Virus record (IMG/VR): IMGVR_UViG_3300044627_001244
Location: 506-64,505 of that record
DNA length: 64,000 nt
Direction: 5' to 3' (one strand)
Source of the DNA: a virus
Taxonomy: Duplodnaviria > Caudoviricetes
The position numbers were made by a program, and so were the translations under genes. The notes beneath the pieces are model-generated. The model was given only the letters and a program-made list of their open reading frames with translations. It did no database searches and was not told the origin of the DNA. This document shows, piece after piece, positions 1 through 10,140 of the stretch. Within the stretch, counting starts at the first letter, position 1; every line of letters starts with the position of its first letter.

Positions 1-1675
1 TAGTTGTTAGATATGCGGTGTTAGAACCGTAAGTAGTAAAGTCTAGTTTAGAATTTCCTAATCCACTAATTGGTCCTGGTACTGTTAGTATATCATTATT
101 GCTGAGACTAACTATGCTAGAGCCGTTGATTAATTGGCTAGTGCTACCACCAGTATTTGCTTGATTGTATGCGGCTTGTGCTAATGTAGTTGCAGTATTG
201 GCTTGTGCGTATGCACTATTCGCAGTAGTTCTTGCTAGAGAATCTGAAGTTGATAAACCTAGATATGATACTGGTCTATTTTCCCAAACACTCAGAGATG
301 AGTTATAAACAATAATGTGTGCATTTGCAAGTGCAACATTGTGATTAATGTTTACATCATGTATTTCATCAAGTTCAAATCCGTTTTGGGGATTAACATA
401 AATTTCACCTTGGCCCTGATTTGCACGTTCAACAATACCAATAAAAACTATGTGTTCTGGCGCAAAGGGTTTGACTTTTGTTAGATTGCCTGCTGTGTTT
501 GCTAGATAAAGTGTGTCGCCTTCGTTATATGCTTGAGTATTGACACCAACAAGTTGTCCTTGTGTAATAACAAATCCTGTGCCACCTGGAGTAATGCTGT
601 TGCTATAAACAAGTCCTAAAGTTTTTGCTGAAGTAGCGTCAAGTCCATTTCGTGCAAGTTTAACGGATGCTTTATTGCCAGTTGCACCAAACAAATAAAC
701 GGCTTGTCCTTTTGTAATGGTAACATTTTCTGCATTCTTTACTTCAGCAAATACTTGTTGAACATCAGTAGGAGTAAATGACGCAGCCGATGGAGATATA
801 AATTCAAATTTTTGTGTTGCTTCATTATAAGATAGAACATATCCATTTTGAATACTGTCTCTATCAACATCATCTAGATATCTTAGATTGACTTCACCCC
901 CACCAGATGCTTTCCATGCATCATTTGCTAGTGAACTTGATACGAGGGCATTGAGTTTGTTTTTGTATTGACTTAAATCATTTTCAAGAACGGACTTAAA
1001 CTTTTCAAACTTCTGTTCTACTTGTTTACTGTCACCGTCCTTACCTGAAGGACCTTGAATTCCCTGCGGTCCCTCTGGTCCTTGAATGCCTTGAGGTCCT
1101 CGCTCTCCTTGAATTCCCTGAATCCCTCTTTCTCCTTGAGGACCGCGCTCTCCTTGAACACCCTGTTTTCCGGCAGGTCCAGCGGGACCCATTTCGCCTT
1201 TTGGTCCATCTCTTCCGTCCAGACCATTCTTTCCGAGATCGCCTTTGTCACCTTTGTCCCCCTTTTCTCCACGGTCTCCTTTATCACCTTTGAGACCTTG
1301 AGGACCGGTTGGTCCAACTTCTCCTGACTCGCCTTTGTCGCCTTTTTCTCCGGCATTGCCCTTCTCGCCTTGAGGACCTTGTGGTCCTGTTTCTCCGATA
1401 GGACCAACCTCACCAGGAATACCGCGAGGTCCTTGTTCGCCTCTTGGTCCTTGTTCTCCGTCATTGCCTTTAGGACCTTGCGAACCTTGTTGACCCATAA
1501 CGCCGCGAGGTCCAGCAGGACCTTGTGTGCCTGGTGGACCTTCAACGACCTCAACTAATTTTTCTGTAGTCTTTAATTCTTCGCGAAGTTTGCTTATCTC
1601 TTTTTTAGTATAAGCAATTGAAGTTGCGACAGAAAACGCTTGGTCGAGAGTTAAATCATCCTTACTCTTTGTCAC
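1..1675 (-). CDS. Collagen-like (Gly-X-Y) virion fibre/decoration protein, 3'-truncated by window edge
   Basis: Not in the ORF track. Manual translation from GTG at 1675 (GAGG RBS, overlaps portal stop) gives MTKSKDDLTLDQAFSVATSIAY...VEGPPGTQGPAGPRGVMGQQGSQGPKGNDGEQGP. About 56 G-X-Y triplets at 1540-1031, then GGGEVNLRYLDDVD and ANSAYAQANT motifs; the same frame reads open at base 1. Confidence 0.85.
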   Translation of the reverse strand, partial: MTKSKDDLTLDQAFSVATSIAYTKKEISKLREELKTTEKLVEVVEGPPGTQGPAGPRGVMGQQGSQGPKGNDGEQGPRGEQGPRGIPGEVGPIGETGPQGPQGEKGNAGEKGDKGESGEVGPTGPQGLKGDKGDRGEKGDKGDKGDLGKNGLDGRDGPKGEMGPAGPAGKQGVQGERGPQGERGIQGIQGERGPQGIQGPEGPQGIQGPSGKDGDSKQVEQKFEKFKSVLENDLSQYKNKLNALVSSSLANDAWKASGGGEVNLRYLDDVDRDSIQNGYVLSYNEATQKFEFISPSAASFTPTDVQQVFAEVKNAENVTITKGQAVYLFGATGNKASVKLARNGLDATSAKTLGLVYSNSITPGGTGFVITQGQLVGVNTQAYNEGDTLYLANTAGNLTKVKPFAPEHIVFIGIVERANQGQGEIYVNPQNGFELDEIHDVNINHNVALANAHIIVYNSSLSVWENRPVSYLGLSTSDSLARTTANSAYAQANTATTLAQAAYNQANTGGSTSQLINGSSIVSLSNNDILTVPGPISGLGNSKLDFTTYGSNTAYLTT

Positions 1676-3314
1676 CCTTTGCCTCTTCAACTAATGTGTC
1701 AAAGAATTTAGTCATTGACTTAGCCAATTCAACTTGATCTGCATCAGGCACGACACGTTCCTTCTCCTCTTTCTTCACATTGATTACTACTTCCTGTGGG
1801 GGAGGTGCCATGGGTGTTTGTTGTTGTTGGATTTGTGGAATCTCAGGTTCTCCATCATCTTCAGCAGACTCTTCTTCTATTTCTTTATCAATTTGTTCAA
1901 TATCATCTTCAGTCAGACGCAATACGTTTTTGCGAACCCATGCAGAAGAATAGTATTTACCAACATAATTGTCAACATCGCTTAGAATACCTAAACGTTC
2001 TTTCATGATTTCTGCTTGCTTTAATTCTGCAAAGTGCATATCATTAATGAAATCATATGAGATTTCTTCTTTGATCATATTCCACTCTGCGCGAGTGCAA
2101 ATGCCTTTGAGTAACAACTGTGTTTCTAACAGTCGATCAAACAAATGAGAGAATCTTAAACGTAGACGCTGAATGAATTTATTAAACTTCAACTCATCGC
2201 GTGTAATTTCTGATGCGCGACCTAATGAGAATCCTGTATCTGATTCTAAACGAGAAACAGGCACATTCAAAGACTTATAGAGTTTTTTCTGAAAGTATAG
2301 AACGTCATCAATCTCACCTAAGTTTTGTCCGCCCTGAAGTGTGGTAATCTCTGTACCTTTGCCACCTTCTCTACGTGGCAACCAAAAGTCTTCGAGCATT
2401 GTTTGATAACGTCTATCGTCACGAATCTCACCAGTCTGTGCATCATATACAAGTTTGTTCTTATACTTCTGCATGATTTCACGTAAGTATTGTTCAGCCT
2501 TCATCTTAGGCAAGTTACCTACGTCAATGTAAAAAATTCTACGTTCTGGTGCGCGAGAGATACGATAGATTACGGTTGCGTCTTCAAGCATACGCAACTG
2601 ATTAAGTGTTTTAATTGCTTTGTGCAAATGTGAGATGACCATTCTGCCATCTTTATCTGTTATACCCGAATGAACATAACAGATAGAATCTGGTGCAATC
2701 TTAATACCTTGATTAGTATCGTTGCTGAATCCTTTGCTTGAGTAAACAAAATACTCATTCATTTCAGGAACAACTGGCTGATTGCCCAACTGAGGTTTTG
2801 ATTTTTTGAATTCTTTGACTTTACGAATTTTTCGTGGATCAACATAACGAACTTCTTTCAATCCTTGACGAGGATTTTTTTCGTCAATCATCATATGATA
2901 GTAAAGTCTACCATCAACATACCAACGTCTAAAAATATCGTAGCCTTGATTATTGAAGTCAAGTAACTTCATAACCTGATAATATTCATCACGAATTTTC
3001 TTTTTGACTGATTCTGGTTGTTCTAGTTTGTCTAGAATAATTTGAACTGGATAGTCACCTTCTCCAAAAACAACAGATTCATTAATGATATCTTCAATAG
3101 CGGCATCGCATTCTGGTTGATTTGCCATATCGCGATAACGCTTAATTAAATCTGCATCATTACGAATTGTGCCTTCAAGATCAGTATAGATTCCATATAC
3201 ACCACCGCCTGAGACTGCTACCGAGCCATCATCTTCTTTAGGTGGTACGAAAGATGTTACCTCTGGTACATCTTCTTCTTTACCAATTTTATATCCAAAT
3301 AATTTTATCGCCAT
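1662..3314 (-). CDS. gp20: T4-like portal protein
   Basis: Motifs RRWYVDGRLYYH, IYRISRAPERRIFYIDVGNLPK, EDFWLPRREGGKGTEITTL, ITRDELKF. Confidence 0.97.
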   Translation of the reverse strand: MAIKLFGYKIGKEEDVPEVTSFVPPKEDDGSVAVSGGGVYGIYTDLEGTIRNDADLIKRYRDMANQPECDAAIEDIINESVVFGEGDYPVQIILDKLEQPESVKKKIRDEYYQVMKLLDFNNQGYDIFRRWYVDGRLYYHMMIDEKNPRQGLKEVRYVDPRKIRKVKEFKKSKPQLGNQPVVPEMNEYFVYSSKGFSNDTNQGIKIAPDSICYVHSGITDKDGRMVISHLHKAIKTLNQLRMLEDATVIYRISRAPERRIFYIDVGNLPKMKAEQYLREIMQKYKNKLVYDAQTGEIRDDRRYQTMLEDFWLPRREGGKGTEITTLQGGQNLGEIDDVLYFQKKLYKSLNVPVSRLESDTGFSLGRASEITRDELKFNKFIQRLRLRFSHLFDRLLETQLLLKGICTRAEWNMIKEEISYDFINDMHFAELKQAEIMKERLGILSDVDNYVGKYYSSAWVRKNVLRLTEDDIEQIDKEIEEESAEDDGEPEIPQIQQQQTPMAPPPQEVVINVKKEEKERVVPDADQVELAKSMTKFFDTLVEEAKGDKE

Positions 3315-3324
3315 GTTATCTTCC

Positions 3325-3355
3325 TAAAAAAATGGGGGCGTAATAGCCCCCATTT
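3325..3355 (-). terminator. Rho-independent terminator-like hairpin
   Basis: Minus strand AAATGGGGGC-TATTAC-GCCCCCATTTTTTT between tail tube and portal genes. Confidence 0.7.
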
Positions 3356-3379
3356 GTGTTTGTTTGACTATTACGCAAC

Positions 3380-3387
3380 TATTTATA
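3380..3387 (-). promoter_or_regulatory. T4-type late promoter TATAAATA
   Basis: Exact TATAAATA upstream of portal; the same exact motif recurs in other late intergenic gaps. Confidence 0.7.
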
Positions 3388-3406
3388 TGATTGCGTTTGA
3401 GCCAAT

Positions 3407-4009
3407 TTATGAAGTTGCAATTGACGTTGGTGCAGTAGCGTTACCAGAATCGCTAGTGCCTCCCATATCCATATGAGTGTATTGGAAGGTTACTGTAAAT
3501 TCTTGAATAGCATCCGTTGTGTCATAAGACAAATCAATTGCAGAAACATCAGTTGGGAATGCGTTATACAAAGCATAAATTCTGCTAGTTGTACCATCGC
3601 CTCTGTAGTGATGAATTTCAATTGTTGAACGGTAATCTTCAGTTGTGTCTCTGAGTGCTAATTCTCCGTCTGGATTGATAATAAACTTCATCCAGTTATC
3701 CATGACTTTACGCATATCTTGCTTTTCGTCATTGATAACGGTTACTGTCCAGTCTGCAAATGTTCTATCTCCAGGAACTTTAATTCTACGTCCTCTGAAT
3801 GGAACTTCAATTACACCAACAGACATTGCTGGAATGGCAGCGGAACGGCATAAGAAAGAAAACTTACTTTCTTCTGCAAAAATTCCTGCCGAATCAGATA
3901 AACCTGTTGGCGCAGTAATGAAACAGCGGAAAAGGTTTGCTCTAGCGCCAGTGCCTAGCGTCTGTCTAAATTTCGAAATACTAAAAATTTCATCGTTTGT
4001 TGTTGCCAT
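3407..4009 (-). CDS. gp19: Tail tube protein (paralog 2)
   Basis: GARANLF, FLCRSAAIP, VPFRGRRIKVPGDRTFADWTVTVIND, DLSYDTTDAIQEFTVTFQY. Confidence 0.93.
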   Translation of the reverse strand: MATTNDEIFSISKFRQTLGTGARANLFRCFITAPTGLSDSAGIFAEESKFSFLCRSAAIPAMSVGVIEVPFRGRRIKVPGDRTFADWTVTVINDEKQDMRKVMDNWMKFIINPDGELALRDTTEDYRSTIEIHHYRGDGTTSRIYALYNAFPTDVSAIDLSYDTTDAIQEFTVTFQYTHMDMGGTSDSGNATAPTSIATS

Positions 4010-4024
4010 ATCTTTCCCCTGTCA

Positions 4025-4576
4025 TTATTCTATTGCTGTGAAGTAGTCATAAGACCAAGTCACAGTAAATTCTTCAATGGTGTCTGTTGTATCATATGAC
4101 AAGTCGATTGTGCTAATGTCACTAGGCCAGCAATGTTCTAGTTTATATGAGTAAACCACATTACCTGCTTGATCTAATTGCTCAATCAACATCGTTGAAT
4201 ATTGTGTGCCTAATGAAGAATCATCTACCTCTTTAGAGAATGTTTCTTCATAGTTAACAACAGAATATTTCTTTTGAATGTCTTCAACTAATTGACGAAC
4301 TTTTTGATTCTTATCGTTAAGAACTGTGACTGTCCATTCAGCAAAGGTTCTGTCGCCAGCAACCTTGTATCTTCTACCTGCCATGAATGGAATTTCAATC
4401 AGTCCTACTGTTGAGCCAGGCAACTGAGCCGCCTTGCATAGAAAACTAAATTCTTCGTCTGTCGCATTACCAGTAGTCTGTAATTCTGTTCCGAATGATG
4501 GTGTCACTCGGAACAGATTAGAACGTGCACCGGTTTTAATAGCGTTAGCGAGACTTGATATTGTCGTAATTGCCAT
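4025..4576 (-). CDS. gp19: Tail tube protein (paralog 1)
   Basis: GARSNLF, FLCKAAQLP, KVAGDRTFAEWTVTVLND, DLSYDTTDTIEEFTVTWSYDY; follows sheath gene. Confidence 0.93.
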   Translation of the reverse strand: MAITTISSLANAIKTGARSNLFRVTPSFGTELQTTGNATDEEFSFLCKAAQLPGSTVGLIEIPFMAGRRYKVAGDRTFAEWTVTVLNDKNQKVRQLVEDIQKKYSVVNYEETFSKEVDDSSLGTQYSTMLIEQLDQAGNVVYSYKLEHCWPSDISTIDLSYDTTDTIEEFTVTWSYDYFTAIE

Positions 4577-4604
4577 CTTTTTTGTCTCCTTAAGTTTCTA
4601 TTAT

Positions 4605-6494
4605 TTAGCCGGCGATTTCAGTAAATGTTGCGGTTCCTCTTACAGAAACAAAGTTAAGTTGGACGAAGTTGACTGAACGAATTGGCTGAACGAAAATGTC
4701 GCAAACAAATTCATTTGAATTTACAACTGATTCTGGATTGTTGCTTTCATCGCAAACAACACGGAACGCTGTAATACCTCTACGAGCCTGAACGCTACGC
4801 AGATATGGAACAACTAAGTTAACAAAGTTGTTTCTTGTAATCGCATCGTTTTGATCAAACAAAACATTTTCGGCTGCGTTGCCAATTGTGTTCTGAAGTT
4901 CAATGAACAACTTACGAACGTTAACGCGATTCAATGAAGTGTTCTTAACTGTGAATGTCTTATCGCCAAATAGAACTGTGCCCTTACCAACTTGCGTCAG
5001 AACTGGGTTAATGGCTGCCTTGTATAGAGAATCTCTTTCAGTCTGGTTAGGATTGAAAGCAAGACGAACTAGATTCTGAATGTTGCCGTTTGTGTAGCCT
5101 GCTGGTGACAGCCATGGCTCACGAACTGAATCGTTTCTACCAATGCAACCTGCTACGTCTGCGTTCAGAGGAACATAGATGTAGTTATCGTTGTAACGAT
5201 CATACTGATACTTCCAACCGCTATCTGCAATTGCGTATGTAGAACGTGTAACTGTGTCTGCCCATGACAGAATAGAAGTTGCTTCTGCGCCTGCATTGTT
5301 TACTACGTTTGCTCTTAGTGGAGATACGCAAACAACTGCATCTTTACGAACTTCTGCTACGTCACCGATGATTCGATTAGCAACTGTAGCATTTGCTTGA
5401 CCTGCAACAATGATTGGAGATGGAACATCTGCTTTGTTAGCAAATTTCAGATAACCTGTTGTTCTATCACCATCAGTTAATGATGCACCATCTGAACCAC
5501 CAGCAAGGCTGTAGTTCTTTGGAACAGTCACCGATGTGAATGTTGTGCCTGATGCTGTGTTACCCCAATTTGAACCAGCATTTTCGTGATCTGTCCAGTA
5601 AACATATCCTGAAGTATTGTTGACAACATCTTTGTAATAGTTTGTACCACCGTTGTCTGCTCTTGCATCAGATGCCTTAGAAACAAGTGCATACTTCTCA
5701 AGAACTGTATCACCTGAGCCAGTAACATCACCATCTTGGTCAACTACAACGATGTGCATTTCGTCACCAGAACCGCCTCTTGTTGAAGCGTATAATGATG
5801 TGCCTGGCGCACCATCAAATTCGTTGAAATATTCCCAACGGCGAACTGCTGTAGCACCTGAAGCACCTGTTAAGTGTGCAGAAGCAAGGGTGAAGTGAGT
5901 TGTGTTTGTGATAGATGCAACTTTGATTGCACGACCTTCGCAAACGAACAAGTCACCGACTGTTAGTTCGGTGTTAGCCGCAGAACCTGCACCAACAACT
6001 GCTGTAGCACCTGCTGTTACTGTGAATGTACCTGTCAGGTTAGACTGCCATGCGCTTGAAGATGGGCAAGTAGAAACTTTTAGAGAGTTTCCGAGTGCGC
6101 CAGCATACTTAGCAACCCAAGGACCAACGTTGAATGATGCTGTATTAATATACACATCTTCGTTCTTGATGAGTTGACCAGTACCTGCTGTGCCTGAACC
6201 TGTAGTTGCTTCAGCGGTAGCGTTCAATGCTGTGTTTGCAACACGAACGACATACAAAGGCGCTGAATAGCCAAGGTAGTTAGCCGCAGACAAAAAGTCA
6301 ACTGCGTTTGTTGAGTTTGGTTTACCAAATTGTGCTACTAGATCAGCCTCAGACTGAACTGGAGTTGCTTTTTCAATAGGTCCCCAACGGAATTGTCCTG
6401 AAAATGCACCTGTTGTTGTTGCAACGGTGGCTTGTGAGGAAACAAGGTCTTGTTCGGTGATCTTGATTCCTGGTGAGATGAGACTTATAGCCAT
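4605..6494 (-). CDS. gp18: Tail sheath protein
   Basis: SPGIKITEQD N-terminus, FRWGP, DSGWKYQYDRYND, GDKT, RVNVRKLF, IFVQPIRSVNFVQLNF. Confidence 0.96.
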   Translation of the reverse strand: MAISLISPGIKITEQDLVSSQATVATTTGAFSGQFRWGPIEKATPVQSEADLVAQFGKPNSTNAVDFLSAANYLGYSAPLYVVRVANTALNATAEATTGSGTAGTGQLIKNEDVYINTASFNVGPWVAKYAGALGNSLKVSTCPSSSAWQSNLTGTFTVTAGATAVVGAGSAANTELTVGDLFVCEGRAIKVASITNTTHFTLASAHLTGASGATAVRRWEYFNEFDGAPGTSLYASTRGGSGDEMHIVVVDQDGDVTGSGDTVLEKYALVSKASDARADNGGTNYYKDVVNNTSGYVYWTDHENAGSNWGNTASGTTFTSVTVPKNYSLAGGSDGASLTDGDRTTGYLKFANKADVPSPIIVAGQANATVANRIIGDVAEVRKDAVVCVSPLRANVVNNAGAEATSILSWADTVTRSTYAIADSGWKYQYDRYNDNYIYVPLNADVAGCIGRNDSVREPWLSPAGYTNGNIQNLVRLAFNPNQTERDSLYKAAINPVLTQVGKGTVLFGDKTFTVKNTSLNRVNVRKLFIELQNTIGNAAENVLFDQNDAITRNNFVNLVVPYLRSVQARRGITAFRVVCDESNNPESVVNSNEFVCDIFVQPIRSVNFVQLNFVSVRGTATFTEIAG

Positions 6495-6545
6495 TGATTT
6501 CTCCTTGTTTTTATAATGATGTGTTTGATACGGGTATTTTCATTT

Positions 6546-6553
6546 TATTTATA
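6546..6553 (-). promoter_or_regulatory. T4-type late promoter TATAAATA
   Basis: Exact motif upstream of sheath gene. Confidence 0.75.
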
Positions 6554-8180
6554 AAAAATCGGATTTGTATCTGTCCTCATACCAAACTTGCCCTGTGCTG
6601 TCTATGATCTTTTGATCATTTTCATCATCACCGTTATTTATAAAGCCAAAAGGCGTCACTTCTTCCTCGATCATTTTGATTCTAGTTTCATATAATTCTT
6701 TTCTCAAATTCACATTTGTCAATTCTTTGAAATATGAATTTGTTGTCAGCCATGAAAATAAAACTAAAGGCATGACAAGGTCATCATGATAACCTTCGTC
6801 CGCCATGTAAGAATTCTTTCTTTGAATGAAAGTAGATATTTCCGAAATTGTATCTGCATCATGTATTAATAATTTTTTCTCTTCTACCATAGATTTAAAG
6901 TTTGAGCAACCGATTCTCTTCACTTTTTTGTCCGTAGTTACTCCCAACTGTGTCTTACCTCCACCAAAACCTCCGTTGACAACTTGTCCTGAAGTGGTTC
7001 TGGTAACAGATATGATATTTTCATATTCATAATCTCCGTAGAGAATCTCTGCAACTTGTTCTGACGTATTGATTTCGACAAGAACGTATGCTTCATTGAA
7101 TTCTTTTGCTACTTTGTAAATGATTGACGGATAAAGTAGAGGACTAATCTTGTTGTCCCTATATTTTCCGACTAATTTATATGGCATCTGAGTAGCATCA
7201 ATGATTTGAAATGCGGAATAGTCTTCACCAACACCTTTTGCGGTGTCTGCGACAATTACATAAGTGTGATCTTTTTGTGCAGATTCATAAACATCAAGTC
7301 CATCTTTGCTATAGATTGTCGGAATTGGTGACATTTGTGCAATTGTGTCTGCGGCAACAAGTGTAAGACTTGAACCCAAGAATTTACACAAGACTTCTTG
7401 GTTGAATTTGAGTTCACCGAGCAATCTACGTTGTTCTTCAGCCCACTCTTTAGTGCGTCCAGGAATGTCCCAATACGGAATGAACAGATTGACAAATCCA
7501 TTGAGATTTTGATCCGCTTCATTCCAAAACTTCCAGAAATGATTGTACCCAAGAGGTGTAGATGACAGTAAAATCTTTGTGGTTTCACCAGCAGAGATTG
7601 TAGGATAGACTGAGGTGAAGAATTGTTCAGCAATGTTGTTTGGAATGATCGCCGCCTCATCAACGTATAGTAAGTTTACAGACTTACCACGAATACCTGA
7701 TGCGCTTGTTGCCGCTGTGAAGACAATTGATCCGTTTTCGAGTGCAATGTCACCTTTGTTCCATGTAGTTACACCTTGCTGTAGCCAAACAGGAAGGTTC
7801 TCATACATTATTTGATAACGATACAATACTTCTCGCGCGGCTGTAGCCTTGTTTGCAAGAATCGCAACTGTCTTGCTTTCCTGGAAAATGGTATACCAAA
7901 GGATATACGCCGCAGAGGTGGTAGTCTTGCCCTGCTGACGCCCTTCCATCAGAATGACTTTGCGATTGTTGTGAATCACATTGACTTTGTTTTTCTGACA
8001 TTCGTATAGTTTGAATGGCTGAAGACCATGGTCCAGAGTTACAATCTTACAATAAGTTTCGATGAAGTATATCGGATCGCTTGCACATTTCAGATATTCT
8101 TCAATCTGTTCTTTTGTAAAATTAAGTGGTACTCCGGCAGCCTTTAGATTTGCATTTCCTAGATATTGTTTTACACTCAT
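6549..8180 (-). CDS. gp17: Terminase large subunit
   Basis: YLGNANLK, Walker A GRQQGKTT, Walker B LLYVDEAA, SSTPLG, nuclease ADTAKG and GYHDDLVM. Confidence 0.97.
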   Translation of the reverse strand: MSVKQYLGNANLKAAGVPLNFTKEQIEEYLKCASDPIYFIETYCKIVTLDHGLQPFKLYECQKNKVNVIHNNRKVILMEGRQQGKTTTSAAYILWYTIFQESKTVAILANKATAAREVLYRYQIMYENLPVWLQQGVTTWNKGDIALENGSIVFTAATSASGIRGKSVNLLYVDEAAIIPNNIAEQFFTSVYPTISAGETTKILLSSTPLGYNHFWKFWNEADQNLNGFVNLFIPYWDIPGRTKEWAEEQRRLLGELKFNQEVLCKFLGSSLTLVAADTIAQMSPIPTIYSKDGLDVYESAQKDHTYVIVADTAKGVGEDYSAFQIIDATQMPYKLVGKYRDNKISPLLYPSIIYKVAKEFNEAYVLVEINTSEQVAEILYGDYEYENIISVTRTTSGQVVNGGFGGGKTQLGVTTDKKVKRIGCSNFKSMVEEKKLLIHDADTISEISTFIQRKNSYMADEGYHDDLVMPLVLFSWLTTNSYFKELTNVNLRKELYETRIKMIEEEVTPFGFINNGDDENDQKIIDSTGQVWYEDRYKSDFL

Positions 8181-8584
8181 CTTTTAGATATCAATTTTTG
8201 TAGTTCTGCTGTGCTTCCAACGAATAATGCATTCGTTACGTGAGTTGGACTTGATTGTTCTTCGTCTTTTTTCTGTTGAATATCTTTTTTTGCTTTTGCA
8301 AGATTCAATAAGTCTTTGTTTGTCTCTGCTAATGTTTTGATTAACTGTCCGACAACTTCATATGCTCTTGGAGATTCACCTTCTTTTGCTAAGAAAGTTA
8401 AATTCTCCATTACGTCTTTGCCATTGTCAATTAATGTGCGTAGATTCTTTCGTGCATATTCATAGTCATCGTCAACTTGTGTAGTTTCTTCGACAACTAC
8501 TAAGGGTTTCTCAGTAGTTGAAAGTTGCACATTTGGAACAATATCAAAGATATCGTTGAGTTTTTCGTCTACTGTCTTCTTCAT
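8177..8584 (-). CDS. gp16: Terminase small subunit
   Basis: DDDYEYARKNL, SPRAYEV, NALFVGSTAELQK; overlaps gp17 start. Confidence 0.93.
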   Translation of the reverse strand: MKKTVDEKLNDIFDIVPNVQLSTTEKPLVVVEETTQVDDDYEYARKNLRTLIDNGKDVMENLTFLAKEGESPRAYEVVGQLIKTLAETNKDLLNLAKAKKDIQQKKDEEQSSPTHVTNALFVGSTAELQKLISKR

Positions 8585-9318
8585 AGTAAATGATTATTCT
8601 CCGTAACAGTTTCAGTAATCTCAAAAGATGCATCACCTTCAAATGTTTGAGTGGTAATGATTGCTTCTTCAATTCTTGTGCGAACATCGGCTCTATCAAT
8701 GTATTTGTATTTCTGTAAAGGACCGAATAGATAACCTTTAACAGTAAAATCAAACTGCCAAGTTAAAACTCTGCGACTATCAAAGTCACCTTCCCATTGA
8801 TCGTCTGAAGTTACGCTATTGAGTTCAATTGGAATGTCCATTGTGATGCCTAGATCAGGCAAAATCTTCATCGTGACTGTCCAATCTGGCGTGAAGAATG
8901 GAACAATTTGTTCTACAATCTGTGTGCCATCTTCTGCGTTTTTAACAAATGCGTTTAATTGAAACTGCATGTCATATGGTACTGGCGCGTATGTAAAACC
9001 AAAATCGTTACCGCCTGTGTTTTGTCCTTTGACAAATTTATGTGCAGTATTAATCTTTCGACTAGGCGCATATGACATAGACATAAATTCAAATCCTAAT
9101 CTAGGATTTGTAACTGCAATTTCTCTGTTCAGCGTAGGATCGCCATAAATTCTTTGATAAAATTTCTGCTTTGGACCATACTCAATAGGAACATTTAAAG
9201 TTTGTGCAACGTTGCCGCTTATATCATAGCGTTCAATTTGAATCTCATTGAAGAGATTACCAAACATAATTACAAAACGTCTAAGCGTTCCGTGATAATA
9301 ATCGTGACCGAACATCAT
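8581..9318 (-). CDS. gp15: Tail sheath stabiliser/terminator
   Basis: FGNLFN, VPIEYGPKQKF, PVPYD, QIVEQIVPFFTP; synteny 13-14-15-16-17-18-19-20. Confidence 0.93.
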   Translation of the reverse strand: MMFGHDYYHGTLRRFVIMFGNLFNEIQIERYDISGNVAQTLNVPIEYGPKQKFYQRIYGDPTLNREIAVTNPRLGFEFMSMSYAPSRKINTAHKFVKGQNTGGNDFGFTYAPVPYDMQFQLNAFVKNAEDGTQIVEQIVPFFTPDWTVTMKILPDLGITMDIPIELNSVTSDDQWEGDFDSRRVLTWQFDFTVKGYLFGPLQKYKYIDRADVRTRIEEAIITTQTFEGDASFEITETVTENNHLL

Positions 9319-9320
9319 AA

Positions 9321-10136
9321 TTAGTAAGTCCTTGTAAGTGCAAATGGATTCAATTCGGTAAAGTCAACAACATCGTCATCAACAAGTTTTTCTCCGAGTG
9401 CTTCATTATCTGCTGTTGCGTCATATGTAATAACAGTATCGCCTTCTTTGACAAAGAATGTGCCGTCTTCGTTGAGCATGAAGTCTCCATCTTCAAGAAG
9501 TGCTTTCTCTAGATTTGCGGTTGATAGACTGTATTGATCTTCAATGCCATCAATATCTCCAACTTCAGTATTGAGTTCTTCACTAGAGTATTCGAATCTA
9601 TCGCAACGCAATTCGTATGTAAACAGTTTGCCCAACTGAAAGAAATTTTCAATGTTTTCGGTAAACTTAATTTCATACATGTATTTCATCATAGGTATCC
9701 AAATCAAGTCGCCTTCGCGAGGACGAATGATTGCTTCATAATCCCATGCGTCTGATACATCATAAAGAAGTTGTTCGCCATCTTCGTTGATTAGATTGTA
9801 TCCGTATTCTGTTAGCAAAGATGTTTTAAGTGACTGTCCAAATCTTTTCTGTGAAACTACAAAAGTGATTGATTCATCAATCTGTAGACCAAACTTTGAA
9901 ATGAAGTCTTCTTGTCCTTGAAAACCATCGAAACTCTTTACAAACAATTCCATTTCAATCGCATCTTCAAATTTAGATAAAGTATCTTCACCATAGATTT
10001 GATCTAAATTTTGAAATGTTCGAGGCAAGTAATAGCCTTGAATGCCATACGTCTTGATGGATTCAATAATTAAGTCTTCTAAAACATTTTGCTCAGTATT
10101 GGTGTTATACTGATTAAAATAGCGATTTCTTGCCAT
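9321..10136 (-). CDS. gp14: Neck protein
   Basis: EQNVLEDLIIESIK, YYLPR, SKFGL, RPREGDLIW, FFQLGK, FEYSSE, FTELNPF. Confidence 0.93.
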   Translation of the reverse strand: MARNRYFNQYNTNTEQNVLEDLIIESIKTYGIQGYYLPRTFQNLDQIYGEDTLSKFEDAIEMELFVKSFDGFQGQEDFISKFGLQIDESITFVVSQKRFGQSLKTSLLTEYGYNLINEDGEQLLYDVSDAWDYEAIIRPREGDLIWIPMMKYMYEIKFTENIENFFQLGKLFTYELRCDRFEYSSEELNTEVGDIDGIEDQYSLSTANLEKALLEDGDFMLNEDGTFFVKEGDTVITYDATADNEALGEKLVDDDVVDFTELNPFALTRTY

Positions 10137-10140
10137 GTGA

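Noticed and set aside
1018-1558. Track ORFs 1018..1554(-), 1055..1327(+) and 1370..1558(+)
   Set aside because: Alternative-frame shadows of the collagen G-X-Y repeat; the real frame starts at 1675 and runs off the window.
1662-8180. Introns or inteins in terminase, sheath or portal
   Set aside because: The ORFs are uninterrupted and of ordinary length; no homing endonuclease or intein motifs were seen.
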